A DNA stretch of 64,000 nt from Candidatus Atabeyarchaeum deiterrae (lineage in GTDB: Archaea; Asgardarchaeota; Atabeyarchaeia; Atabeyarchaeales; Atabeyarchaeaceae): positions 512,001 through 576,000 of the forward strand of contig CP147780.1 of NCBI GenBank assembly GCA_037310415.1, in the 5' to 3' direction. Of this stretch, positions 1 to 9,653 are shown in pieces. A program made the translations under genes and the position numbers. The notes under the pieces are model-generated. The model was not told where the DNA came from, did no database searches, and worked only from the letters and a program-made list of their open reading frames with translations. The first letter of the stretch is position 1. Each line of letters begins with the position of its first letter.

Positions 1-28
1 GATTGGATTCATCTCATTCTTTGTAAGT

Positions 29-1330
29 TTGTTGTTTGGTTTTACCATTTCTGCGTGGTTTCAAAATCTGATCCCGAGAAGAGTAGAGAGAGAAAAGATA
101 TTAATCTCGTACCAAGTTCCGCTTGTCTTGCAGGAGATGATATTAGCTTCCGCTGGGACAGGATCCATATTTGACTTGATAACCTTTGTCGCAAGAGGGA
201 GGCATCCCGTCACTTCAAGAGCATTTGCAAGAATCGCCAGCCACGTTAGCAATGGAGCAGAACCAGAGAGGCTTGTGAGAAACTATGCAAACCACCAACC
301 CTGCCAGTCACTGAGAAGATATCTTGTTGATGCTGTCTCGGTGGGTCTTGAGTGGGACGAACTTAAGAAGGTCATTAAGGAAAGAAGGGGAGAAGCGGAG
401 TTTGAGTATCAGAAGTATACGATGCAGGTTGAAACTAGGATGCTTCTTATAGTAGGTCTGGGAACGTTCTGGCCAATCATTTTCTCTATCGCTGTACTTG
501 TTAACGGGTCATGGAGTGGCCAACCGTCAATGATCTTGGCGGCTTTCATTTTTGTTCTTTTGATTATTATTATGGAGAATCGGCTAATGAAACCCATTAG
601 AAAAGCGGAGATTCTGGGTGCATCAGTGAGTTTCTCACGAGCAAAAGGGTTGCTCGGTCACACCGCCAAGGAAGAGCTTCAAGAGGTAATCATTGTGTTG
701 TCTCTTCTGGGAGAGGCGTTGCATCGAGAGAAGGCATCTCCCGAACTCGCAATAAAGAGAGTGAGCGAGATGTATAATGGTTGGCTCAATCCCTTGCTTG
801 CCGAAATGGTACGCCAGGTTTTCTACGACGGTGTAACGCTTAGGCACAGCCTGCTTTGGTTCAAGAACAGGTTCTCGAATGTCCAATGCCGCCAAATAAT
901 CAGGATCTTACCACAGATGTTTGAGAAAACCGCAGAGCATGCCGGGGAGAGGCTAATTGAAGTGGTTTCATACATCAAAGAAAATCAAGGCCTGATAGAG
1001 GAGAGAGAAAACATAGTCAAGGCCCAAAGGTTCAAGGCCAAGCTTCTTTCGTTCTTTTCGCCAGCCACACTGGGCTTGGTCTCTGCGCTCTCACCATTGT
1101 TCACTATCCTTAGTACCAGGCAAATCGCACTTACGGCATTCAAACCTTTGATCTGGACCTATGATAGCATTGTGACTACGATAGTCCTTCTCACTATGAC
1201 GATCATAAACACTTTTAACGTCATGAGAACCGTTGGCGCAAAGAAGCCAATAATATCCGCTTTGGTAGCCGCAGCCATCTTTCTCACAGTATTCGTTTTC
1301 TCAATTCGCTTAATGAATGGGCTCGCTTGA
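29..1330 (+). CDS. TadC/FlaJ-like (T2SS F family) pilus platform membrane protein, probably 5'-truncated by the window
   Basis: Two T2SSF-like cytoplasmic repeats, each followed by TM helices; a prepilin peptidase is present at 30368. Confidence 0.6.
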   Translation: MLFGFTISAWFQNLIPRRVEREKILISYQVPLVLQEMILASAGTGSIFDLITFVARGRHPVTSRAFARIASHVSNGAEPERLVRNYANHQPCQSLRRYLVDAVSVGLEWDELKKVIKERRGEAEFEYQKYTMQVETRMLLIVGLGTFWPIIFSIAVLVNGSWSGQPSMILAAFIFVLLIIIMENRLMKPIRKAEILGASVSFSRAKGLLGHTAKEELQEVIIVLSLLGEALHREKASPELAIKRVSEMYNGWLNPLLAEMVRQVFYDGVTLRHSLLWFKNRFSNVQCRQIIRILPQMFEKTAEHAGERLIEVVSYIKENQGLIEERENIVKAQRFKAKLLSFFSPATLGLVSALSPLFTILSTRQIALTAFKPLIWTYDSIVTTIVLLTMTIINTFNVMRTVGAKKPIISALVAAAIFLTVFVFSIRLMNGLA

Positions 1331-1369
1331 ATTGCAGGAGTTCAATCTGTTAGTAGTATTGCATTCAAT

Positions 1370-2350
1370 CTATTGATGGAACAGGAATGAAGATAGGCGT
1401 TTGATCCCATCAAGTCCTCTCACCTCATTGTCTAGCAGCGGCAACTCAGTTAGCCTGAACTGGTCAGAATATATGTGCCGAATTCGAGTGAGGTGTTGTT
1501 CTTGCATCGTCTTTCTAGCCTTGCAGAATTTGCATTCCACCTCCTCCGGGAATATCATGTTGACTATGATGTGTGAGACTGGGATTTCAAATTCGTATAG
1601 TGCAGTCAAAAGCATCTCTGTTTGCTCTACGGCCATTGCCTCTGGTATCATCACAGGGACAAAACTAGTTACGTCTTTGTTACTTAGCTCTCCTCTGGCT
1701 TTCTCCACTGTCAGCTTGAGTCTCTCCATCATCTTTATGCTCTGATCCTTTTCGTCACTGCCTCGTCCAACGATGCTCTTCAAACCTCCCCAAATGCGTC
1801 CCATCGTGTATCTCAGCTTTATTAATCTCCCAAGCCAACTTTCCAAAACGTCAGGCAAGGATAGAAGGCGGAGAGTGTGTCCAGTCGGGGCGGTATCGAA
1901 GATTATCAAATCATGCTCTGGCTTCTCGATGTATTCCAAGACCTTTGCAAAAGCAAGTGCCTCGTCTGCACCTGGGGGGGCGCCCATATCCAAGCCGCCA
2001 AGCGATCCAATTCCAAGATCTGGAAAGTCTGAAACAACATTATCCTCGGATTTCGGGTTTTCTTCCGCTTTTGAAAGATCTCCTTGGATCTGCTTCAAGG
2101 CGACCTTAGGATCTATCTCCAGTGCAGACAGATTTCTTACGCCTTCTATCGATTTTGCTTCAGGCCCTATTTTTTGGTTGAAAATAACGCCTAGGCTATG
2201 GGCTGGATCAGTACTGATGACCAACACATCAATGCCTTTACTCGCTGCCCAAACTGACGTCGCAGCAGCGCAACTAGTTTTTCCCACCCCACCTTTTCCA
2301 CCAAATAGTAGAAAACGTTTCCCAGAACTAACAAGATCTTCGAGTGTCAA
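1370..2350 (-). CDS. Get3/TRC40/ArsA-family ATPase (single domain, Get3-like)
   Basis: GGKGGVGKT, STDPAH, PGADEA, DTAPTGHTLRLL, CKFC zinc motif. Confidence 0.92.
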   Translation of the reverse strand: MTLEDLVSSGKRFLLFGGKGGVGKTSCAAATSVWAASKGIDVLVISTDPAHSLGVIFNQKIGPEAKSIEGVRNLSALEIDPKVALKQIQGDLSKAEENPKSEDNVVSDFPDLGIGSLGGLDMGAPPGADEALAFAKVLEYIEKPEHDLIIFDTAPTGHTLRLLSLPDVLESWLGRLIKLRYTMGRIWGGLKSIVGRGSDEKDQSIKMMERLKLTVEKARGELSNKDVTSFVPVMIPEAMAVEQTEMLLTALYEFEIPVSHIIVNMIFPEEVECKFCKARKTMQEQHLTRIRHIYSDQFRLTELPLLDNEVRGLDGIKRLSSFLFHQ

Positions 2351-2555
2351 TGCAATTCACCTTTCCAAATGGGAAGACTGTTAGGAACAGAGCAATGCCA
2401 ATTCTTTGCTCAACTGAGCATCCTGAAAAAGGTGTATTGCAACACGGAAAATGATAGCCTTGCATATAAACATTGGCATGGGAAATGAGACCGTTCACAA
2501 GGCACAACGTACTCGTTCAACTAGCCAACGAGCTCGGTCAGGTGGCTTACAGCGA

Positions 2556-3458
2556 CTAGCTCAGCGGTTCAACCTTGAGCATTTTGCTGTTGAAAAGTCT
2601 GAAGAATACTCTAAAGGTCATGCTGATACCCACACGTTTTATCATATCTACAATTTCACAATATAGATTTTGGAAAGAGAAAGATTGTTCTACGCTACTC
2701 AAGTCCACACCTAGTTCGTTTGAGAAGCTTTCTATCAAAGATTTGATTTCAGGCTGGAGAGTGACTACTATGTGTTTTGATGTCAACAGGAGAGGAAGGA
2801 TCTTCTCATCCGTAGCGACGGGGATCCTTGTTGCACTCGTGTCTGCGTAGCTGAGTACAAGCCAGATAGAGTCTGAATCCAAGTCAACTTGGATACTCTC
2901 AATGGCCTTCACTAATAGTTTAACCCAATCTGAAAGATTAGAAAGGTCTGATTTCTTATCCGGTAGAACGGAGACTGAGATGTCTTGATCTGTTGAGTAC
3001 TTCGTTATGAGCGAATTGTCGAGAATCCTCGGCATAGCTTCGATGATTGAACTCCCATTTCTGACAAGAAAACCTCTTATATTGTTGAAGCCCGACGTGA
3101 AGTTGTCTCCCAGCAAGATGACGTTGCCTTCTTGCTTACGCTTAAGAGCGCCACTCGTGATCCATGCTTGGGTTTTTGGCTCATCGTCACTGATTTTTAC
3201 GCCTTCAACTCTGCGAACGCAGAGATTTCTGTCAATCCAGAACACATGAACATGAGGCAATGGTTCAAGCTGCACTCTTCCTTGGTCCAATATTCGAGAC
3301 ATTTCCTCGTCAGAAACAAGTACCCTTTTTGGAAAGCTCCTCGAGACAAGTCGACGACAGAGGGAACAGAAGCCACTCGCCTCAAATATCTCATTCTGGT
3401 ATTTCTGTGAGAGGAGCCTACTGTTTTCCATCTCTTGAACCACAGTTCTCAGCCTCAC
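2556..3458 (-). CDS. Hypothetical protein with N-terminal CxxC...HxH putative Zn-binding module
   Basis: 300-aa ORF overlapping the 3' end of the GTPase; CSLC ... PHVHVFWIDRNLCVR. Confidence 0.6.
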   Translation of the reverse strand: MRLRTVVQEMENSRLLSQKYQNEIFEASGFCSLCRRLVSRSFPKRVLVSDEEMSRILDQGRVQLEPLPHVHVFWIDRNLCVRRVEGVKISDDEPKTQAWITSGALKRKQEGNVILLGDNFTSGFNNIRGFLVRNGSSIIEAMPRILDNSLITKYSTDQDISVSVLPDKKSDLSNLSDWVKLLVKAIESIQVDLDSDSIWLVLSYADTSATRIPVATDEKILPLLLTSKHIVVTLQPEIKSLIESFSNELGVDLSSVEQSFSFQNLYCEIVDMIKRVGISMTFRVFFRLFNSKMLKVEPLS

Positions 3459-3993
3459 TGCTTACAATCAATTTCAGTAACCCAAGGAATGGCGAGGAAA
3501 CATCAACGCCCTCCTTCGCGCTTACAAGATAGTACCCACTCAACCTTTTCTTAGTTACAAATCCTTCTATATCGCTCTCTCTGATCGAACCATCTGACAA
3601 CTCTCTCTTGTTTCCAACGATCACTATTGGAAATCTGTTGGCTTCTTCGCCATCCAGCATTAGCCCGAGCCATTGATCAAGGTGGAGGTACGATTCAATG
3701 CTCCCGACATCAAACGCTAGTATTGCGCCTCTCAATCCCTTCGACCACAAAGGCAACAATACTCTGAACTGTTCTTGACCCCCAACGTCCCATATTTGGA
3801 ACTTGTATTGGCGCCCATCCTCGGCATTGAGCCTCTTAGTATAGAAATCGCAACCAATAGTTATCTGCTCAGATGGATCATAGCAACCTGAGACATATCT
3901 CTTGATCAAGCTTGTTTTGCCAACTCCTCCATCTCCAGCCACTACTATCTTGAGGACGTTACCGTTGTGGCTGGAATGATTGATCTCTGACAA
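3418..3993 (-). CDS. Rab-like small GTPase
   Basis: G1 GDGGVGKT, G2 TIGCDF, G3 WDVGGQE, G4 NKRE, G5 SAK. Confidence 0.92.
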   Translation of the reverse strand: MSEINHSSHNGNVLKIVVAGDGGVGKTSLIKRYVSGCYDPSEQITIGCDFYTKRLNAEDGRQYKFQIWDVGGQEQFRVLLPLWSKGLRGAILAFDVGSIESYLHLDQWLGLMLDGEEANRFPIVIVGNKRELSDGSIRESDIEGFVTKKRLSGYYLVSAKEGVDVSSPFLGLLKLIVSSEAENCGSRDGKQ

Positions 3994-4299
3994 CGTCTTG
4001 GTCTCCGGTTTTAGCGCTCTTCCACTGTCTGCTACTATCGTCTTGCCTAGTTCGATATAAAAAGTCCAATGAGCATCGACTCGAATGACGACGATTGCTC
4101 AATCTAACGTTTAATCGCGATGGCGGGCGTTGATATGTTCCCAAACTCTCAACATCGGTGCCTCATTTAGTGGTCTTTTTATCTCCCGACCCGTCCACTA
4201 AGTGATGGCTACCCCAAAGGAAGTCTTCTGACCTCCCCATGCCTCCCAGATATGTTCTGTTTCTAATCTGTGGGGTAGCCACCTAATGCCTCGGCTCTT

Positions 4300-5025
4300 T
4301 CAAGCCGAACTGAGAACTATCAGGCATATCATATAGAGAGAATGAGAAGTGATCGGTGCTAGGACCCTTCGATGTCTCAATTGAAAAGATAGACCTAGTA
4401 GGGCACCTAGCAAGAATAATGGAAAAATCGACCAAGGATCCATATGTGTGATCGCGAAAAGCATAGATGCTAGAAGCAACCCCTTCAGTTTGCCTGAACT
4501 CTTTTCGAAACCCTGTTGAATGAATCCTCTGAAGATGACCTCTTCAACGGGTGCGACAACAAGGATTATTGAAGAAAGGAGCAAGATTGTTTCGAAGGGA
4601 GAGTTAACTGCGAAAGCTGTTCTTACGTATTCAGCCTCAGGCTGCGGTCCGAGTATTGACTGATTCAGAGCAGACGCAACTACGGAAACAGGAACCATCG
4701 CCAATCCCACAACAACTCCAACTGCGACATCCGCTAAAACGTTGGTCCGACTTCTTGCATACATGCCGAGTTGGGGACGAGTTATTGCGTATTTCTTGGA
4801 ATACAACAGAAGCGGTGTCAGAAGTAGTGCCTCTGAGAAACCTAGAATCGCCGTTCCGATAGGAGATCCAATCGTCTGAATACTCAGTTGACTCGAAAGG
4901 CCGGTGAGCAATACGTTGAGTGACAATGTAAGAACAACATTGAGCATTAAAGTGCACAGGGCTATCTCAAATGGGATTCTCCAAGTCAAGTTCTGCTCGC
5001 TTAGGCTGATTCTAGGATTACTCAT
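4300..5025 (-). CDS. CPBP (Abi/Rce1 CAAX-type) intramembrane glutamic protease
   Basis: EEVIFRG, FAITH and HSLY motifs; multiple TM helices. Confidence 0.9.
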   Translation of the reverse strand: MSNPRISLSEQNLTWRIPFEIALCTLMLNVVLTLSLNVLLTGLSSQLSIQTIGSPIGTAILGFSEALLLTPLLLYSKKYAITRPQLGMYARSRTNVLADVAVGVVVGLAMVPVSVVASALNQSILGPQPEAEYVRTAFAVNSPFETILLLSSIILVVAPVEEVIFRGFIQQGFEKSSGKLKGLLLASMLFAITHMDPWSIFPLFLLGALLGLSFQLRHRRVLAPITSHSLYMICLIVLSSA

Positions 5026-5083
5026 ACTCGTTCATCGATTGTTGTCGATTGAGTTTCGGACCGCATTTCTCATTTTCTGCCCG

Positions 5084-6829
5084 CTACTCGATTACGGTAT
5101 CAATGAACCGACCCTCATTCACATCATACAGTCCCTTGTCAGTCAACCTCATCTCAGGCACTACAGGCAGAGATAGGAAACTTGCAGATGCTATTAGAGA
5201 CCTCACTTCAGATCCAAGTTTCGCGGCCTCAGCTTCGAGAAGTTCCTTTCTTTTGGCGGTTTCCCCAGCTGATTTTCTTGTCATCAACCCGCCGATTTCC
5301 AAGCTAAGTGATGCGATTAGTGTCCCTCCGCTCGACAGTGCTACTCCTCCTTGCATGCTAGCAACTGTTTTGGCAGCAAAGGCCATATCAAGAGGGTTTG
5401 AACCTATGACGATCAAGTTGTGAGAATCGTGTGCAATGCTCTGAGCAATGGCACCCCTGAGCGCGCCCAAACCTGTGACAAAGCCTTTGCCTATGTTTCC
5501 GGTCTGATGATGTCTTTCAACAACTGCCGCATATAGGACATCTCCTGTCGCTCTTATGATTCCATTTTCAACAGCGAGCTGCTTGCTCTCCCTTGAAGTG
5601 ACAATCGTTCCCTCCCTTATTCCAATGACCCTAACCATGAGTTTGTTTACCTTCTTCATGCTTTTGAAGATGAAGTCTGAGGAGGTAAGTCTTCTCTTGA
5701 AGACGAAGCTGCTGGTCAGTTTTCTTGGGAATCTGAGCGATTTCTCGAAGAGGCGCTGATGAAGCTCAGTTCCCATAACTATGACTTTTTTGATTTCCAT
5801 TTGCTTCAAGTCTTTTAGGAGGAGAATATCAGCAAAGTGACCTGGTGAAATACTGCCGATCTCGTTCTCCATGTGCAAGTAAGTTGCTGGATTAATGGTT
5901 ACTAGTTGAATGGCGGTAATTGGATCCAATCCTTCTGACAAAGCTCTTTTTAGAATGTGATCCATGTGACCCTGATAAAGAAGATCACTTACCGTTATAT
6001 CATCGGACACAAACATGCAATGTCTAGTGTCTATTGTCCCTGCGATTAGTGGTTTGATGAGATTTCCAAGGTCTTTTGATGACGATCCTTCTCTTATCAT
6101 TAGCCACATTCCAAGCCGGAGTTTCTCCAGACCCTCATCTTTGCTTACCGATTCATGATCTGAACGGATTCCTGAAGCGATGTATGCTGAGAGTTCTTTG
6201 CCTCGCAATCCTGGAGCGTGACCATCAATTCCTACGTGCATCCTTCGGGCGAGTTCTATTTTGCGGATTACATTGGATGAACAAGAGAGAACTCCAGGAA
6301 GATCCATCATTTCCCCTAAGCCGATCACATTGGGTAGATTCAATGCCTTCTGCGTATCTGCTAAATCTAGACGTGCCCCTGACGTTTCCTTGCCGGGTGC
6401 TGAAGGAACGCACGAAGGTGCAACGAAGAAAACATGGAGAGGGAGCGTCTTAGACTCTCTGATGACGATTCTCATGGCATCAATGCCTGCTACGTTCACG
6501 ATCTCGTGTGGATCCCAGACAATAGATGTAGTGCCATGTTGAGTTGCTACTTTTGAGAATTCTGTAAGTGTTAGCATGCTACTCTCGACATGAATGTGGG
6601 CATCAATCAATCCAGGAACTGCGAACATGCCGTCTCCGCGAATTGTGAGAGTGCCGTTGCCAACTTGGTCTAAAGAATCGCCTATTGATACGATACGCTC
6701 TCTCTTAATCATGATGTCCGATCTATATACTTCGCGAGTATCTACGTTTACAATGTTAACATCTTTAATAATCAGATCGGCTTCTTCAGTGCCGAGGGCT
6801 GTTTTGATGTATTCACATAGTGTGAAAAT
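5084..6829 (-). CDS. ade: Adenine deaminase (start extended to ATT at 6829)
   Basis: PGLIDAHIHVESS, DPHEI, DGHAP, SDHE, AHDSHN; the frame continues upstream of the ORF-track start with ALGTEEADLIIKDVNIVNV. Confidence 0.92.
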   Translation of the reverse strand: MFTLCEYIKTALGTEEADLIIKDVNIVNVDTREVYRSDIMIKRERIVSIGDSLDQVGNGTLTIRGDGMFAVPGLIDAHIHVESSMLTLTEFSKVATQHGTTSIVWDPHEIVNVAGIDAMRIVIRESKTLPLHVFFVAPSCVPSAPGKETSGARLDLADTQKALNLPNVIGLGEMMDLPGVLSCSSNVIRKIELARRMHVGIDGHAPGLRGKELSAYIASGIRSDHESVSKDEGLEKLRLGMWLMIREGSSSKDLGNLIKPLIAGTIDTRHCMFVSDDITVSDLLYQGHMDHILKRALSEGLDPITAIQLVTINPATYLHMENEIGSISPGHFADILLLKDLKQMEIKKVIVMGTELHQRLFEKSLRFPRKLTSSFVFKRRLTSSDFIFKSMKKVNKLMVRVIGIREGTIVTSRESKQLAVENGIIRATGDVLYAAVVERHHQTGNIGKGFVTGLGALRGAIAQSIAHDSHNLIVIGSNPLDMAFAAKTVASMQGGVALSSGGTLIASLSLEIGGLMTRKSAGETAKRKELLEAEAAKLGSEVRSLIASASFLSLPVVPEMRLTDKGLYDVNEGRFIDTVIE

Positions 6830-6972
6830 TCCCAGCCTCCCACATGTTTCTGCATGGGATGGGATTGAAAGAGAACCCTCTAGTTACTATCCTTACTCTT
6901 TATATGTGTGTTCTTAGGATTCTTAACTACCGTGCGCCCGACAGGAGTCAGATTGGTGCTGAGGGAGCCCAA

Positions 6973-7926
6973 ATGGAACTCAAATCCCTAATCGAGATTA
7001 CGCGTCCGCATAATTGCCTAATGGGCGGGCTCACTTGTGTCGTAGGAGTGCTAGCCACGAACAGGGTTTATTCCCTTAATTTGGGCAGCCTTCCCCCAGC
7101 GACTTTCCTAACAAATCTTGGTTTGCTGTTTCCATCTAGACTTGTTGAAACCCTCGTCCTAACCTACCTCGTGTATGTTTTCATCGCCGCTGCTGGAAAC
7201 ATAATCAATGATATTTACGATGTCGAAGTGGACAAGGTCAATAAGCCGAGCCGTCCGTTGCCACGTGGGGCATTGACACTGAGGCAAGCTAAAGCACTAA
7301 CGGTGATACTTTGGTTCATTGGAGGCGCTCTAGCATTTGCCACGAGTCTGATAGCTGGTTTCATGGCGATGCTGTTTGCCGCATTTGGATACATATATGC
7401 CGCAAGAGTGAAGGCGTTGGGAGTTGTTGGTAATGTTGCGGTGGCTTCAAGCTTCAGTTTTGGGATGTTCTACGGAGCAGTCGTATCGACCGAATCCAGA
7501 AGCTACTTTGCTCTTCTCAGCGCGGATTCTTTCCTGTTTGTGCCGCTTATTATTTGGATCTACTTTTTGACATCCACGTTTGTCCTGTTCGGTAGGGAAG
7601 TCATCAAGGGGATAGAGGATCTACGAGGAGACAAATTGAGGTCTGTGAAGACAATCGCTCGTCAGCATGGGACTAAGACGGCAGCCCTAATTGCGGCAAC
7701 CTCCAACATTCTTGGAATTGTGTTCTTCAATCTGAGTTGGCTCATGGATCAGACGAAGCTTCTGACAGTCCCGTTGTTGGTTATTGGAAGTCTGGCCGTG
7801 CTTGGTTCATCGATAATTGTGTTGAGAAAGTATCAGAACCGAAAGCAACAGGGCAGGGCAAGTCTATTCGATAAGTTGGGGGGGTTCTGCGGACTGCTTG
7901 AGTTCTTACTTGTGAACATCCTTTGA
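6973..7926 (+). CDS. UbiA-family prenyltransferase, digeranylgeranylglyceryl-phosphate synthase
   Basis: RPHN, INDIYDVEVDKVNKPSRPLPRG, REVIKGIEDLRGD. Confidence 0.88.
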   Translation: MELKSLIEITRPHNCLMGGLTCVVGVLATNRVYSLNLGSLPPATFLTNLGLLFPSRLVETLVLTYLVYVFIAAAGNIINDIYDVEVDKVNKPSRPLPRGALTLRQAKALTVILWFIGGALAFATSLIAGFMAMLFAAFGYIYAARVKALGVVGNVAVASSFSFGMFYGAVVSTESRSYFALLSADSFLFVPLIIWIYFLTSTFVLFGREVIKGIEDLRGDKLRSVKTIARQHGTKTAALIAATSNILGIVFFNLSWLMDQTKLLTVPLLVIGSLAVLGSSIIVLRKYQNRKQQGRASLFDKLGGFCGLLEFLLVNIL

Positions 7927-7927
7927 G

Positions 7928-8905
7928 TTATCGTTGCGTTGAATCATGAGATGACTCGACGACTGGGACGCTACGACGTAACCGATCCGCGTGTAGGTTT
8001 GCAGCTTTTATAGTTGTGCGCAGTACTTTGAGCGCCCACTCTGCTTCGTCTGGGGTGGCATCCTCTGAGTTTCTCGCGAATTTGTTCCGTAACCTTCGCA
8101 GTCTTATGATGTCACTACCTCGGACACACATGCCGTCTGATTCTAGGTTTGCCAGTTGTTCTTCCAATGTCATGGGATCATCTAGTGCATCAGGGTGAGA
8201 CTTGAGTAGCTTGGATACAATGATCTGCTGTATTCCTCCGTCACAAGATTCTACACAGGATCGGTATCGCCCTTCTCTCAGCAACTTCACGGCCTTCTTC
8301 AGCGGGCGTTTCCTTGAGTTAGAAGAGAGGATTTTTGTCTCCTGGGATGAAGCGTTGTCTGGATCAGCATTCTTTGCAGGATCAGCGCATCCATATATGT
8401 TGCTCAGGTGTCTTGAGTCGAACAAGTTCTGCAATCTAGGACGAAGATGTTTGTGAAAGGCGACTAGCGTAACTATTAGTAGCCCAAAATAGGTTGCCGC
8501 CGACAAATCATCCATTAGCAGATATGCGAACAATGCGTACCCGAGTTCGGGATTCGCAATATAGATTGATGCCAGAAAATACTGCAATGTCGCAAGAACC
8601 AAGCATAGTGATGTCGCAGGGATCCAGAATCTCTCTGTTATTGCCGGAAACAACAGGTAGCTCACTGAAAGGCAGAAGTAGTATGTGAGGCTTGTGAACA
8701 GTACCTTCTCAATGGTTGCAGAATTGACTGAAGTTATGCCGATCAGAAATAGCGGCAGGAGAACAATCAGTACAAGATTGAATGAAAGAAAGAACAACAG
8801 TGTCCGGGAATGACTCTTTCGTGCCTTCGCCAGAATGAATGAAGCTAAAGATGAGGAGACGATTAAAGCGATGATGCAAGAAGATGACAATTCAGTATAG
8901 ACCAA
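7928..8905 (-). CDS. Membrane protein (about 5 TM) with C-terminal HEPN-like helical domain
   Basis: Hydrophobic N-terminal half; C-terminal LRRLRNKFARN...ATPDEAEWAL resembles HEPN but lacks the His. Confidence 0.5.
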   Translation of the reverse strand: MVYTELSSSCIIALIVSSSLASFILAKARKSHSRTLLFFLSFNLVLIVLLPLFLIGITSVNSATIEKVLFTSLTYYFCLSVSYLLFPAITERFWIPATSLCLVLATLQYFLASIYIANPELGYALFAYLLMDDLSAATYFGLLIVTLVAFHKHLRPRLQNLFDSRHLSNIYGCADPAKNADPDNASSQETKILSSNSRKRPLKKAVKLLREGRYRSCVESCDGGIQQIIVSKLLKSHPDALDDPMTLEEQLANLESDGMCVRGSDIIRLRRLRNKFARNSEDATPDEAEWALKVLRTTIKAANLHADRLRRSVPVVESSHDSTQR

Positions 8906-8960
8906 TCAGCACGACCCTAGGTCTAGTTTAAAATGAAACTAATTAAAGGCAACCAATGCA

Positions 8961-9626
8961 TTATTGCTTTTCTTTCTCTTTCTTGGACTTGGCCGGAGGC
9001 TCGCTTGCATCAAGTTCTCTCTTTAGTTGTTCAAGATCTTTCTCTATTTCTTCCCGTTCTGTACTCCTGCTGGCGGATGGAACTTTCGGTAACTGACCAG
9101 ACTCTTCCATCGCGACCTCGGCTTCTAGTTTCTCAAGCTCACCGTCAACGCCAGCTTCATCCTCATATGCTCCGAGACCAGAACTCAGTATCTCAGATGT
9201 CTGTTCCACACTGCGCATCAGTGACTCATTCTTAGCAATCTGCTCAATTGATTTTTCCACATCGACCAATTTCTGTGCTTGTACGAGTTCTCTCGCTGTG
9301 AGATCGAGCGCTTTAGACATCTCAACATCGTCAGAAGCGCTTTCAATGGCTTGAATCGAGTCCTCAAGACTGGCCCGCATGCGATCATATCTATTCATTA
9401 ACATCTGGTACCGCTGCCACCTGGCCAAATAGAACTTTGCAGCAGCCTTGTTCCGGTGTCTAATGCTGTCTTTGCTCTTCTCATAGTACTCCATTGCCTG
9501 TCTCTCAAAGCTGCGGCTCCTAAATGTCAATTTGTTGATACTCGATCTTACTTGTGCTATGCTCTCATCTTTGCTCTTCTTCTTCTTCCCGAAGATTCTC
9601 GCAATGAGGTCGCTCAAACCATCCAC
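8961..9626 (-). CDS. ESCRT-III, Snf7/Vps20/32/60 class
   Basis: N-terminal LIARIFGKKKK amphipathic helix, NKAAAKFYL, LEDSIQAIESA, acidic tail with LPKVP. Confidence 0.85.
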   Translation of the reverse strand: MDGLSDLIARIFGKKKKSKDESIAQVRSSINKLTFRSRSFERQAMEYYEKSKDSIRHRNKAAAKFYLARWQRYQMLMNRYDRMRASLEDSIQAIESASDDVEMSKALDLTARELVQAQKLVDVEKSIEQIAKNESLMRSVEQTSEILSSGLGAYEDEAGVDGELEKLEAEVAMEESGQLPKVPSASRSTEREEIEKDLEQLKRELDASEPPAKSKKEKEKQ

Positions 9627-9653
9627 CCGCTTCTACTCATTTTTCCATGGACA

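Noticed and set aside
1401-2384. Long antisense ORFs here and opposite many core genes (e.g. 11095-11793, 27568-28131)
   Set aside because: Shadow frames of well-supported genes, with no recognisable motifs.
4121-4290. Another intron-split tRNA (minus strand ends CGCCCGCCA)
   Set aside because: No matching 5' acceptor strand or T-loop could be assembled.
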